This document shows, one piece after another, positions 47,498-59,834 of a DNA stretch of 64,000 bases. The DNA lies in contig NC_083237.1 of assembly GCF_032191835.1 (NCBI RefSeq), positions 21,390,001-21,454,000 on the forward strand. Reading direction: 5' to 3'. Position 1 is the stretch's first letter. Each line of letters starts with the position of its first letter. The notes under the pieces were generated by a model. That model did no database searches, was not told the DNA's origin, and saw only the letters and a program-made list of their open reading frames with translations. This DNA is from Heteronotia binoei. Taxonomy: Eukaryota. The position numbers were made by a program, and so were the translations under genes.

Positions 47498-48723
47498 TTG
47501 TTCTTTGTTTCTTTTTTAGAAAGCATTTCTTCTCTCCCCCCTCGCCCCTTTTTCTCTTTTTTTTCATTATCAAGTATGCTGCAGCCAATGGAGTGTTAAC
47601 TCCAGCAGTGCAAAGTTTGGTTATCCAGACCTCAGTTATCTGTTAAGCGTGAGGGTGTCCCAAATTCAAGGCCTGGCGTCAGTATGATAGTTACTGGTTG
47701 GGATACATTAGCTGTTAAAGGTGGAGGCTTAGCAGGCTGTGTGTATTCATTGCCATGTGTGGGGTTTGCCCTTTGCGGGGGGGGGGGGGAGTGCTAGCAG
47801 AAGGCGTTTTGGTACCATGTCCTGAAAGTCGCCTGGAATTGGTAGATCTGTGAGAATGGCTGGCCTCAAGGGCAGAGTTTTCCCTTCTGGAGCCCAGGTG
47901 CCGGGGGCGGGTTGAAATTCGCATTTCTGAAATCCCCCAAACAATCCTCAATCCCAGCAGAGTGTTCCTGTGTGTTTGGGATACGTTGAGCAGAGAGTCA
48001 TCCATATTGCCTTTCCAAAGCCTTAAAGGCAGAGAGGCTAATGAAGAATCTGAAAGACCTCTAGAAACCCATTTAACAGTACCTGGGCAGGAGTTTTCCA
48101 TCCCACTAGGCGAAATGCAGCTTTGACATAGTTGACTTCTCAGGGCCACTAGAACTAGATCCCGAACAGTGGTAAACATTTCTGGCTTGGATCCTCAGGG
48201 AATTTCCACAGACGGAAGGGATTCCCACTCACGGACTGTGACTATGTGACCTTCTCCCTCTTGGCTGAAGTGCTGCGCTGGGGGAACAGGGGAGCCCCAG
48301 TTATAGCAGGAGGGGAGGAGTCAGAGGGAAATTGCCCCCTCCCCCAGCCTCAGAAATCCTCCTGTGGAGGCAAACCACTTCTGCCTGCTAGTGTTTAAAG
48401 CTTAAAACGTCTTTACCTCCCAAGAATGACGCTAGTGCAACGAATCTGAAATTTCAGTTTTGTATTTTGAGGGTTACCGAATAAGCAGTCGTTACTGCTA
48501 TATCAGCCCTCCTGTGGTTTGCCCTGACCTGGATAGCCCTGGTTGGTATTTGAATGGAAGACGGCAATGGAAGTCAGGGGCTGCTACGCAGCGGCAGGCA
48601 ATAACAAACCTTTGAACAACTCTTATCTTGAAAACCCTGCAGCTGTGACTTGGTGGCAAAACCCAACAACAATATTGTAGGCTACATTATGAATTCTTTG
48701 AAGGAGCTCCCCCCAAAAAACTA

Positions 48724-48900
48724 CACCATAGGAAGAGCCCCGCTGGATCAGACCAGTGGTCCGTGTAGTCCAGCATCCTGCCTCACAGTGGCCATCCAGT
48801 TCCTCCGGAGGGCCAACAACAGGGCGTGGAGGCTGAGGCCTTTCCCTGAGGCTGCCTCCTGGTTTGCTGCCCCTCAGGGTGGGGTCTCCCTTTAGTCACC
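48724..48900 (-). mobile_element. CR1-type 3'UTR fragment
   Basis: ataggaagagccccgctggatcagaccagtggtccgtgtagtccagcatcc resembles a reverse-complement CR1 tail. Confidence 0.55.
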
Positions 48901-50967
48901 ATGGCTTTAGTAGTCTGACAGACCCTCCATTATAATTTTGCCCCTCTTGGGAGCTGTAGAGATTTACACCCTACAGGCAAGGAGCAATGCCCGTGTTGTA
49001 TTCTTTTGAACATATATGATGCGAGAGTCTCCGGAGAACAAGTTTTCTTCAAATAATTTATTTAGCACAGTAACCATTAAAATAAATACTTGTCCAAACT
49101 TAAAACCTGTCCAAACTTGAAACACGTCTATCTGCTTTTTTTTTTAAAGTTACATATACATTTACATCTACTCAGCTCCATGTCAGTCTTGTGATTAAAA
49201 AAAAAGTAACAAAACGGGGTGGCAGAATCTGATGTTGAAACAATCCGTCATGCGTGGCCCAGATTTCCAGGTCTTGTCCAGCCAGAGTTTGCTCACAGAG
49301 CCAGTCAGTTTGTAAGAACCGCTGATGTCCCCAGCCTGCCTGTCCGATGGGGATGTTGAAATGTTCAAACGTGAAGAACTGTAGTAGGACAGAAAACCAG
49401 CTCTTGCCACCTAGTAGAGGTATTGAGGTTCTAAGGATACTTCCACCCTGATTCGGAAGGCCAAAGCTTATCCGGTGATGTCAGAAGCTAAGCAGGGTCA
49501 GCCTCAGCTAGTGCTTGGACAGGAGACCACCAAGGAAGTCCAGTGTTGCTCCACGGAGGCAGGCAATGGCAAGCCACCTCTGTTCGTCTCTGGCCCGGTA
49601 AGCCCTGCAGGGCTGCCGTAGGTCAGCTGTGACTTAATAGCACTTTCCACCACTGTCACTGGGATATCTAGGAAGCTGAGACTCGATGGACTCGGAGCCT
49701 GAGACAAAGGCCCCCCGGGGAAGAGGGAGGGAGGGAAAGCGGCATAGTGGAGCCCAGTCCTATCCAAACTCAGAAGAGAGAAGAGATTGGATTTATACCC
49801 TGCTCTTTGCTAGCCAAAGGAGTCTCAAAGCAGTTTACAAATCTCCTTTCCCTTCCTCTCCCCACAACAGACACCCTGTGAGGTAGGTGGGGCTGAGAGA
49901 GCTCTCCCAGAACTGCTCTTGAGCAGAACAGCTTTGAGAGAACTTGTGGCTGACCTAAGGTCACATCAGCAGGTGCACGTGGAGGAGTGGGGAATCAAAC
50001 CCAGTTCTCCCAGATAAGAGTCCGCCCACTTAACCATTACACGAGATTGAGCTGAGTAATGCAATTACTTGGATGAGGGACCATCAAGGAAAGGTCTGCA
50101 AAAGGAAGCAACAGCAAACCCCTTCTGCTTCTCACTTGCATCGAAAGCCCCTTGCTGGGGTTACCATAAGGCTGCTGCAACTTGAACAGCTAATGAAAAG
50201 TGGGGATGCTGGTGCATCTGCCCTTCCCAATTTGCTCTGTCCTCCGGCACAGCGCAAGCAGGGCTGCAGATGGGATGAAATGTCCGATCGGTGGATGTTC
50301 TGTTGCCTCCGGACACACGAGAAGCATCCTGGTGACGGGATTTCCGACAAGAGCTGAAACACATTCTTGTGTCTGCCGAATACAAGCCCAATGGAATCTG
50401 ACATAACTTTTCAGTCCTAACATCACTGTTAAACCAATTCAGGTCAGCTCCGGGCAAGGAGATTCACTGGACCTGATTTTCCAATGATAGCTGGCAGATT
50501 CGGCAGCAGTGTTCTGTGACTGTCAGTGGCTTATAGCACCATCCCCGCCCCTCGCAACAAACCAAGAAGTAGGCTGAGACACTTGCCCCAAACCATCCTC
50601 CCTGGCAGAGCACTGGACCGGCCTCAGTTTTTCTATCTATAAAATGGGTGGGAAGGAGAGAAAATGACCTGAGCAGCTGTCACAGTTCGGTGGGCTTCTC
50701 CCCCTTGCTGTGCTTGGCACAGGAGGGCTTCTGGTGGGTGTGGTAGTTAGGCCTGATAACTTCACCCCGCATGGATGTGGGTGGCGGCCTCCAAATTGCT
50801 CCTGAAATTGTAAGGACTAAGTCTTGAGCCGGCAGCTACGGATGGCAGCTCCCCAAGTGTCCGGCAGCTCTCAAAGCACCTTCAGCGGGGGGGCAGAGCG
50901 GCAGGGGGGAAGCAGGATTTTGATCCCTCTGAGTCCGTGGCCTCCTGTTTCGCCTTTGCACGTCTTG

Positions 50968-50984
50968 CTATCTGTTTCTGACTC
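50968..50984 (-). CDS. PRSS53: Probable terminal coding mini-exon of PRSS53 (GVRNR*)
   Basis: Strong acceptor tgtttttgttttgcag|GA; completes the phase-1 codon and reaches TAG after 4 more codons. Other acceptors not excluded. Confidence 0.55.
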
Positions 50985-51388
50985 CTGCAAAACAAAAACA
51001 AGGCAGAGCAAGCGTATTACTCTGTGTAGCTTCCACGGATGATGTTTTATTGACTTTAAAGCTGTAGAGGAGACCGGGGAGGAGGCCGTTGGGCAATGCC
51101 AGTTGCCTTGCGCAGGCGAACCTGGAGAGGCAGCAGCCACAGCCCTGCTCTGTTTTTTCTGACCTGGAAAGGGCACCTGGGTGGTCTAGCAGGGTTTTAG
51201 CTCTCGATCTGAAAGCCAGGGGCCATAACAGTGCAGCAGGCGGAGTGTTGGATTTGGACTGGTGGGACCTTGCCCGTTGGGTGGGCTTGGGCAAATCACT
51301 GCCTCTCCACCAACAGAGAGAATAACATAACTGGATCACTCTGATCTCACCCTTCACTCCCGCCCTGTTGTACACCTCTGATCTCGCC

Positions 51389-52386
51389 CTTATATCCTGC
51401 CCTTCACTCCAAAGAGTCTCAGAGCGGGTCACAATCTTCTTTACCTTCCTCCCCAACAACAGACACCCTGTGAGGTGGCTGGGGCTGAGAGAGTCTCCGA
51501 GAAGTTGCCATTTCAAGGACAGCTCTATGAGAGCTATGGCTGACCCAAGGGCATCCCAGCAGCTGCAAGTGGGGGAGTGCGGAATCAAACCCATTTCTCC
51601 CAGATAAGAGTCCACGCACTTAACCACTACACCACACTGGCTCTCAAGGAGGACACCATTAGAAATACATAGCAAAGAACTGAGCACTGGGTTCCCAGAC
51701 TTGATCCAAACCACACCATCCTGGCAGGGGAATTCCTGCCAGCGTGGCTGCTGCCAGCATGGCAACAAACTTGAGACTTCTGGTTGGGTAGTTTTTTAAT
51801 CCAGGCATATTGTGTATGGGGAAGCCAATAACAAAATCCCAGCTGGGCAAAAGAAGATGAAGATATTGGATTTATATCCCGCCCTCCACTCCGAAGAGTC
51901 TCAGAGCGGCTCACAATCTCCTTTACCTTCCTCCCGCACAACAGACACCCTGTGAGGTGGGTGGGGCTGGAGAGGGCTCTCACAGCAGCTGCCCTTTCAA
52001 GGACAACCTCTGCCAGAGCTATGGCTAACCCAAGGCCATGCCAGCAGGTACAAGTGGAGGAGTGGGGAATCAAACCCGGTTCTCCCAGATAAGAGTCCAC
52101 ACACTTAACCACTACACCAAACTGGTATATTGGATTTATACCTCGCCCTTCACTAGCCAAAGGAATCTGAGCGACTTATAATCTCCTTTCCCTTCCCATA
52201 ACTGACACCCTGTGAGGTAGGTGGGGCTGAGAGCTCTTTCGAGAACTGCTCTTGAGCAGAACAGTTCTGGGAGAGTTATGATTGACCCAAGGTCACTCCA
52301 GCAGCTGCATGTGGAGGAGTGGGGAATCTAGCCGGTTCTCCCAGATAAGAGCCCACACACTTAACCACTACACCAAACTGGCTCCA
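51389..52386 (-). mobile_element. Three co-oriented Squam3-like SINEs (51389-51645, 51855-52123, 52126-52386) in the last PRSS53 intron
   Basis: Each carries head ccactacaccaaactgg and tail gatttatatccc. Confidence 0.85.
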
Positions 52387-52536
52387 AAGAGCATGCATGG
52401 ATCTTGGATCATGTGTAGAAAGGGAGAGAGATAAGCATGAACTGTGAGTACCCAAGCAGCTGCCATGTTTCTACAACCCCAAGAATAAGCCCCCGATGCT
52501 AGGAGACTGAGGATTTAGCGGCTTCCTCCCTCTTAC

Positions 52537-52768
52537 CTCGGGGCCTAATGGTCAGACAGCTGTCATCATCCTTCACAGCTGGAATGGGAGGCTTTTGGAT
52601 ATCGTAGTAAGCAGACCACACCAGTTTCATGATCCAGTCCTCGTAGGTGTTGACCGCCGTGTAAACCCCCGGACGCACTAGGGTCCCACAGCCCTTGCCA
52701 AAGCTAGAGATACCTGCCAGAAACCAGGTGCCATTCTCGTTGCAAATCAGGGGTTCTCCAGCAGTCCC
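52537..52768 (-). CDS. PRSS53: PRSS53 exon, end of domain 2 (GTAGEP in place of GDSGGP; absent from the ORF track)
   Basis: ctctgtag|GGG ... CGAG|GTAAG. GTAGEPLICNENGTWFLAGISSFGKGCG..RPGVYTAVNTYEDWI...SCLTIRPR. Confidence 0.88.
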
Positions 52769-52844
52769 CTACAGAGCCGAGAGCAGAAAGACAAGCCTTT
52801 CAGTATGACAGATGCCCAAGAGATGATGCCACCAAACCCAGTGC

Positions 52845-53048
52845 CACCAAGTCACGGTTGTCTTATGGCAACCCCTGGCGAGGCCTTCAAGGAAAGAGAT
52901 GTTCAGAGGTGGTTTGCCATTGCCTGCGTCCGTGTCACAACCCTGGTATTCCTTAGAGGTCTCCCATCCATTTGCTAACCAGGGTCAACCCTGCTTAGCT
53001 TCTGAGACGTGACAAGATCAGGTTAGCCTGGGCTATCCAGGTCAGGGC
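52845..53048 (-). mobile_element. 5S-rRNA-headed Sauria-type SINE (best copy; others at ~27111-27257, 31561-31751, 38810-39018, 48523-48650, 49459-49652, 55134-55410)
   Basis: gatcttgtcacgtctcagaagctaagcagggttgaccctggttag...ggatgggagacc...ggaataccagggttgtg aligns with vertebrate 5S boxes A and C, then continues into a SINE body. Confidence 0.8.
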
Positions 53049-53659
53049 TGAATTAGAATAGTGTCCCAAAGGCAATTGAGAAGCAGAGATGGCTTGCTAT
53101 TGCCTGCCTCCGTGTCACAACCCTGGAGATCTCCCATCCAAATATCGAAAGATGATGCCACCAAACCCAGGTGCAAAATGTGTGTGTGCGTGCGTATAAC
53201 ATGGTAGAGGAAAGTGCCATCAAGTGCCATCAAGTCACAGTAGACTTATGACAACCTTTGGTGAGGTTTTCAAGGCAAGAGACATTTGGAGGTGGTTTGT
53301 CATTCCTTGCTTCCATGTCACGACCCTGGTATTTCTTCCAAGTGCTTAGCAGGGTGCGTCTACATAGATATGCAATAAATAAGATTACTTTGTGGATCTT
53401 AAAGGGGCCACTGGACTCAAAATTTGTTCTACAGCATGTTGGAGGTTACCTCACAGGAATAGTCCATGCCAAGAATAGCTTCTCTTTTCAGTAGTCTTAG
53501 TGGCAACACACATAAGGTTTACATTAGCATCTACATTAAACGCCAGCATGACGACCGAGATGTGTGGCTCCTTATGGTTTTTAGCACAATCCCAGCTCTG
53601 GCAGGAAAACTGGATTCTAGTGGAACAGAATAATGCTGTGAGAGATCTTACTCTGGGAG

Positions 53660-53985
53660 CTTTATGGGATTCAAGGAGGGTGATGAACACGTGGAATTCA
53701 CTGCCACAGGAGGTGGTGGCAGCTACATGCATAGACAGCTTCAAGAGGGGATTGGATAAACATCTGGAGCAGAGGTCCATCAGTGGCTATTAGCCACAAA
53801 GTATAGATGGAACTCTGTCTGGGGTAGTGATGCTCTGTATTCTTGGTGCTTGTGGGGGGGGGGCAACTGTGGAAGGACTTCTAGTGTACTGGCCCCACAT
53901 GTGGACCTCCTGATGGCACCTGGGTTTTTTGGCCAATGTGTGACAGAGTGTTGGACTGGATGGGCCTGATCCAACATGTTCTTAA
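53660..53985 (+). mobile_element. CR1 LINE 3' fragment
   Basis: RRVMNTWNSLPQEVVAATCIDSFKRGLDKHL, plus a 3'UTR similar to the 13535 copy. Confidence 0.8.
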
Positions 53986-54560
53986 GGAGTAGAGCCAGAA
54001 TTCCTGGGTTCCATTTCCTGTTTTTCAGGGGAGGGTGTGTTTGTGTGTGTGGCAGAAGAACTAGCAGTTAAAGCCAACCAGTTCCTCAGGGGAATCTCTC
54101 TAAATAGCAGAGAATGCCAGGAGTTTCCAGATTTAAAACTGATGCAAGCTGAAGAAATAGCTGCTTGCTGTTCTAAAGAGTTTCAGCACCACAATAAATT
54201 TGGACAGCTCCACAGGGCTGCCACTATATCAGTTGGCTCAGGAAAGGTGGTCTGAGTTGTCCTTTCCCAATTCATCTTTCTGATATGATCAGCACGAAGT
54301 CTGGAAGACTCTGGATCCTAGCCTCTGGAGCCAGGCAATCCACAGCCACTAGGCAGGGGCAGGCAATGGCATACCACTTCTGCTTTTCTCTTGCCTTTGG
54401 AACCCCGTGGGGTTTCTATAAGTCGACTGCAACTCGATGGCGCTTTCCACCCCCATGTCTACACTCGCTTTCAGCCAGGACACTTCCAGAATGCAGGAAC
54501 AACAAGAAGTTTAACCCGGATTCAGCCATTTGTTCCCTGGGCACTCGGAAGTGGTCCTAC

Positions 54561-54916
54561 CAGGGGGTTTTTTGAGCAGGAACACACAGGAGCACAGTTC
54601 CAGGTGGCTTGGTGCCAGGGTGTGTGGCCTAATATGCAAATGAGTTCCTGCTGGGCTTTTTTTTTTACAAAACAATCCCTGCACTAAACAATGGTGACAG
54701 TGGGGGTGTGGCCTAATATGCAAATGAGCTCCTGCTGGGCTTCTTCTACAAAACAATCCCTGCACTAAACAATGGTGACAGTAGGGGCATGGCCTAATAT
54801 GCAAATGAGCTCCTGCTGGGTTTTTTTTTTACAAAACAAGCCCTGCACGAAACAATGGTGACAGCAGGGGCGTGGCCTAATATGCAAAATGAGCTCCCGC
54901 TGGGCTTTTTCTACAG
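54561..54916 (+). repeat. Tandem array of four ~82-nt units derived from a MITE right end
   Basis: ATGCAAAT at 54634, 54718 and 54799, imperfect at 54882; periods 84/81/83. Confidence 0.85.
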
Positions 54917-55497
54917 ACATAGGGAATCATGCCTCATGAAACACCACAAAATGAAACTGAGTGGGAAGCAGACAGATGGGGCTCATGGGCAGAATCCACT
55001 GAGAAATTCTCCTGCGTGTGCAACTACTGAGAGGTATGGTTCACAATCAGTTTAGTAGGGGTAGGGCTTGCGAAGGAGAACACCCTGATGGGCTGAGGAC
55101 CTGTGAGAATTAGCAGAAGGGATGTTCCAGCCTGCCTTGAGCTGGATAGTCCAGGCAAGCCTGATCTTGTCAGGTCTCAGAAGCTAAAGACGTCAGCCCT
55201 GGCCAGAATATGGATCGGAGGCCTCCATGGAAACAATGGCAAACCACCCCTGAACATAATAGTTGTCAATTGCACCTTTAAGACCAACTTAGTTTTATTC
55301 AGAATGTAAACTTTCATGTGCATGCACACTTCTTCAGATCCCTGAACATGTCTTGCCTTGAAATGCCCACCAGGGGTCGCCGTAAGTCAGCTGCAACTTG
55401 ACAGGCATGAAAAGTTCCCTTCCAACAGAAGGCTTAAGGAATGGTAGGACCACCCTCCACCCCCTTCCTATCCCCTTACTGGCTGATAGCTTCTTAC

Positions 55498-55661
55498 CTC
55501 ACAAAGCATGGTCTTGTTATGGGGCGTGGCACACAGCATCTGGGAGCTGATGGGGATCTCGTGGCCAAGGTCACTGGTCAAGTTGTAGTGGCAGTTACAA
55601 GACCGGGGGCCAAGGAGTTTCACCTCCACACCTCCTAGAGGACCTGGTGTCTGGGTCTCAT
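55498..55661 (-). CDS. PRSS53: PRSS53 exon, domain 2 (absent from the ORF track)
   Basis: catgtctgttcag|AT ... GAG|GTAAG. ETQTPGPLGGVEVKLLGPRSCNCHY...QMLCA...LCE; phases fit both neighbours. Confidence 0.85.
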
Positions 55662-57314
55662 CTGAACAGACATGGGAAAAAATCTTTGGTTAGTGGAAGT
55701 AGCTCCAAATCCAGCCATCACTTAAGCCTTGGGGACTTCCTTGCTACTGATCATTTCTTCTGAAGCATCAAGGAGTTCCACAATGGGAGGCAGAATGCTG
55801 GGTACAGTGAACATACATCCAAAAGAAATCGTTTGTGTGTGTGTGTGTTAACACGAGGTACTGGTGCTTGGCTATAACTAAATGACCATGTTTAGGCTGG
55901 AAATATCCACACACCCCCACCAGCCAAGAACTCTAGGGATCGTGAAGAGAAGGAGGAAGTAGATGTCTTCTGTTGAAATGTGGCTTGGCTCACTCACTTG
56001 AGTAGCCTATACTGGCCTGCCTAGCAATGCAACATGCACTCTGCATGCAGCATGCTGGTGCCAGGATGGCACAATTTGATCTGTGGAGCCTTCATATGAA
56101 GCTGCCTTATATTGAATCAGACCCTTGGTTAATTAAAGTCAGTATTGTCTACTCAGATTGGCAGCGGCTTTCCAGGGTCTCAAGCTGAGGTTTTTCACCC
56201 CTACTTGCCTGGACCCTTTTTAATTGGAAATGCCAGGAATTAAACCTGGGACCTTCTGCTTACCAAGCAGATGTTCTACCACTGACCCACCATCCCTCCT
56301 CAAGATCATCCCTTGAAATCAGCTGTGTGGAAAGGGATTTGACTCTTTAGACCTTGCCTTTCCCATTCCACAGTCTCAGCAACAAAAGCTTTGCATTCCT
56401 GAGACTGGCTGAGAGGGGGAAACTGTCTCCAAACAGTCCGGGAGGCTTACCACAGATCAGAACTGGAGAACTCAGAGCCTCATTGAAACTCCCCCAAGAA
56501 GCACCAGCTCTCCCACCTCAGTTTGTGTTTCAGAGGCAAGAAAGGCAGAGTAGTAGCCCAAATCATGGGAATGAGACTTTGGGACTCATGGAGGAAGCTG
56601 CTCCATCCCTTCTCCATCTCTTCCCCCTCCCCAGTGACCCTCCAGTAAAGCTAGACAAGGGATTTGGGTTTGAGCAGAGAAGGGAGGGGGAATCACAAGG
56701 TTTATAAAATGCAAACTGTAGCCATAGGGGATTTCTCTTTGCCTCAGGGCTCTGCTGGGAAGGAAGAGAAGGTTTAACCCTTCAACTTATTTTCACTTTG
56801 AAACAGAGCTTTCTGCTTTGTTGTTAGCGTTTGAAGGAAGGGATCTAAGCGACCATCCTTTCTTTTAAAAAATGCCAACAGCATTGCTGAGGTAACAAGT
56901 TTCCTGCATGGCCATGAGGCAAAACAAAGCTGGATATGCGTGATCTTTTCCTTTGTTTCATACTTCAGACTAAGCCCTAGGTAGTGGTCAGCCTCTGTCT
57001 GGGCTGTACCACTTCAGGCCACAGTTGATGACTTGCATGACTGAGTGCTCCTCCACACGCACCCCATTTCCTTCCGCATAGAAAAGTTGCATGTGGTGGT
57101 GGGGGGGAGCTATCTGCCTGCCTTCTCCTGCCATTTTTCTATGTGGAGAGAATTATTTTGTACCACAGGACATTGAATTATATGAGCCCCAATGACAGGG
57201 ATATGCCCCAGACAGACAGCTCTACCACTTTACTGAGATTCAGCCTACGATAAGACCGTACCTGGCATAAACTTAGATTTGCCAGGTCTTCACTGCCAAC
57301 CAGCAGGGGATGAA

Positions 57315-57520
57315 CATATGAAGATATGAAGCTGCCTTATACTGAATCAGACCCTTGGTCCATCAAAGTCAGTATTGTCTTCTCAGACTGGCAGCGGCTC
57401 TCCAGGGTCTCAAGCTGAGGTTTTTCACACCTATTTGCCTGGACCCTTTTTTGGAGATGCCGGGGATTGAACCTGGGACCTTCTGCTTACCAAGCAGATG
57501 CTCTACCACTGAGCCACCAT
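57315..57520 (-). mobile_element. tRNA-derived SINE (Squam2-like); near-identical copies at ~56090-56295 and 63745-63895
   Basis: atgaagctgccttatactgaatcagacc...ggggattgaacctgggaccttctgc...ctctaccactgagcc (reversed tRNA B and A boxes). Confidence 0.7.
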
Positions 57521-57802
57521 CCCTCCCCAAGGATGAGGGTTAGGGCTGTCAGATCCAGGCTGGGAAACTCCTGGAGGTTTGGGGGTGGGGCCTGGGGGGG
57601 AGAGGGACCTCAGTGGGGCACAGTGCCACAGAGTTCACCTTCCAAAGCATCTATTTCATCCAGGGGGATTTATCTCTGTAGTCTGGAGATGAGCTGTAAT
57701 TCCAGGGGATCCCCAGGTCCCACTTGGAGGATGGCATCCCTACAAACTTTGAACTACTCAGTTTCACAGATCAACCTTGTGTGATCATTGTATTCCAGGA
57801 TT

Positions 57803-57987
57803 CAGGGCTTTTTTTTTTAGCAGGAACTCCTTTACATATTAGGCCACTCCCTCCTGATGAAGCCAATCCTCCAAGAGCTTACGGAGCTCTTAGTACAGGG
57901 GCTACTGTAAGCTTCAGGAGGATTGGCTACATCAGGGGTGTGTGGCCTAATATGCAAAGGAGCTCCTGCTACAAAAAAAAAGCCCTG
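57803..57987. mobile_element. Palindromic MITE, TSD CCAGGATT, in a PRSS53 intron
   Basis: 8-bp duplication at 57795-57802 and 57988-57995. Confidence 0.9.
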
Positions 57988-58054
57988 CCAGGATTGAATC
58001 TGGTGCCCTCCAGAAGAGAGTGTCCATGTGCTCGCCTGTCCTCACTCCACGCAC

Positions 58055-58314
58055 CAGTTGTCCGTCCTCGGGTCCAGCAGGTAGAGCCAAAGGAGAACTT
58101 GTGGGTTCTGTATGGGTTGCAGATGGCCCGGATATGCTCGTTGAACACCACGGGGCGATCCAGCTTGGCCACAGCAATGTCGTAACCTTCTGTTGCATTG
58201 AAGTAGGCCCCGTGAAGTTCGATATTCTGGAGGGTCCTCCTCTCCTGCCACTCACGCTTTAAACCCACCTCCTTCTCACCCAGCAGCACAACCCATGCCT
58301 TTGGTTCTTGGCGC
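58055..58314 (-). CDS. PRSS53: PRSS53 exon, domain 2 (Asp retained)
   Basis: ctgttttgcag|G; RQEPKAWVVLLG...GYDIAVAKL...RAIC.PY...CWTRG. Donor CTG|GTGCGT; an alternative in-frame donor gives exon end 58046. Confidence 0.85.
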
Positions 58315-58455
58315 CTGCAAAACAGAGGCAGAAGTTGTGAGAATTTCAATCCAGGTGGCCAAATCTAGCTTTTTTGGCATACGACCGCTGGTATTTACCC
58401 ATCATGCTTCACTTCCTCGCACGCGGGCCATTTCCCACCCAGCTGGCTTTGCTTA

Positions 58456-58683
<228 letters not shown>

Positions 58684-59617
58684 TTAAATTCAGTTTAGAA
58701 CCCAAATCCATCAAGTTACACCCAGGGAGAAGGGATTTGCTTAATATGGTTTTGAAACCATCAGGCTTGGCTACCGCATCAAGGCTTTACATGAGACTGC
58801 CCTTGAAGACTAGCCAGGAGTTCCAGCTGGGGCAAACTGCTGCAATCTGTCTTGTGTTAAAAGTCAGGAAAAGGGAGCGTGTGCAGACTTGGTTTGGTCA
58901 GTGGCACTGGTTTGCTGTTATGGTTGCAGGCTTGCACTGGTTCCCTTTTAAGTGCTTTGCAATGGTAGGGGTCAATATTGAGACCTTTGCTCCTCAGATC
59001 AATCACCCATCGCTTGCTTCATGTGTTTCAGTTATCTGCTGTCTGTGCAATACAAATGTCTACCACTAGGGGGAGAACCTCTACAGCTGTGGACGTTTGG
59101 ATTATTATGCCTTGCTTTGGAATTGAGAAATGCTTCTACTTTAGAAAGCTCCCTTTGTCTTTTCCATATAGCTGATAACTTCCTAGTAATGTTTCTTTTT
59201 AAAAAAATATATCTAATTTTATTTATTTTATAATTTTTCCCTTCTACCAGCTGCTTTGAACACATTCGGGGGGGGGGGGAATGGAATATTTTACAAAAAA
59301 GGATGTAAATGTTGCAAATATGCAGGGCTTTTTTGAGCAGGAATGCAGTTCCGGCTGGCTTGGTGTCAGGGGGTGTGGCCTAATATGCAAAATGAATTCC
59401 TGCTGTGTAAAACAGTGATGTCGGGGGGGGTGGCCTAATATGCAAATGAGTTTTTTCTGGGCTTTTTTTTACAAAACAAGCTCTGCATATTCCATGAATC
59501 CACAGTCCTTCCTCTGCCTTTCCCTGACTGTAGAAGAAAGCATCTGGGGTTCCACACTTGACACTTGGGACTATTAAAGGTCACAGAATCCAAATATGCC
59601 TCCATAAAGAACCGTAC

Positions 59618-59834
59618 CTGTACACAAGTACTTGTCAGTTGTGCTGGGGCGGGGCTCTGTCTGCTTGGCAAAGGTAGCCCCCTGGACGTGGCCTTTGATC
59701 CAGTCCACGTAAGCCTTGGTCTCCGTCAGGATGATGGGCCCACGAAGACGTTCACATTCCATGGAGAAACTCATGATCCCTGCCTGGAACCATCGGTCGT
59801 CCTCCAAGCAAACCAGTGGGCCGCCTGAATCCCC
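59618..59834 (-). CDS. PRSS53: PRSS53 exon, domain 1 catalytic Ser + inter-domain linker
   Basis: ttcttgccccag|GGG GAT TCA: GDSGGPLVC...WFQAGIMSF...YVDWI. Donor ACAG|GTACG, phase 1. Confidence 0.9.

Noticed and set aside
50968-52160. 266-aa and 177-aa minus-strand ORFs
   Set aside because: Mostly SINE sequence; only the last codons (GVRNR*) are plausibly coding.
50900-52537. Third protease domain (PRSS36/polyserase-2 type) after the phase-1 donor at 52537
   Set aside because: No trypsin-like exons found between 45130 and 52537; the nearest strong acceptor gives a 5-residue terminus, fitting two-domain PRSS53.
52930-53048. 5S rRNA gene
   Set aside because: Only the internal promoter region resembles 5S. 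The 5' end differs and the sequence runs into a SINE body; many diverged dispersed copies exist.
54561-54916. CRISPR-like repeat array
   Set aside because: Vertebrate DNA, units are contiguous with no unique spacers, and the unit is a MITE end.
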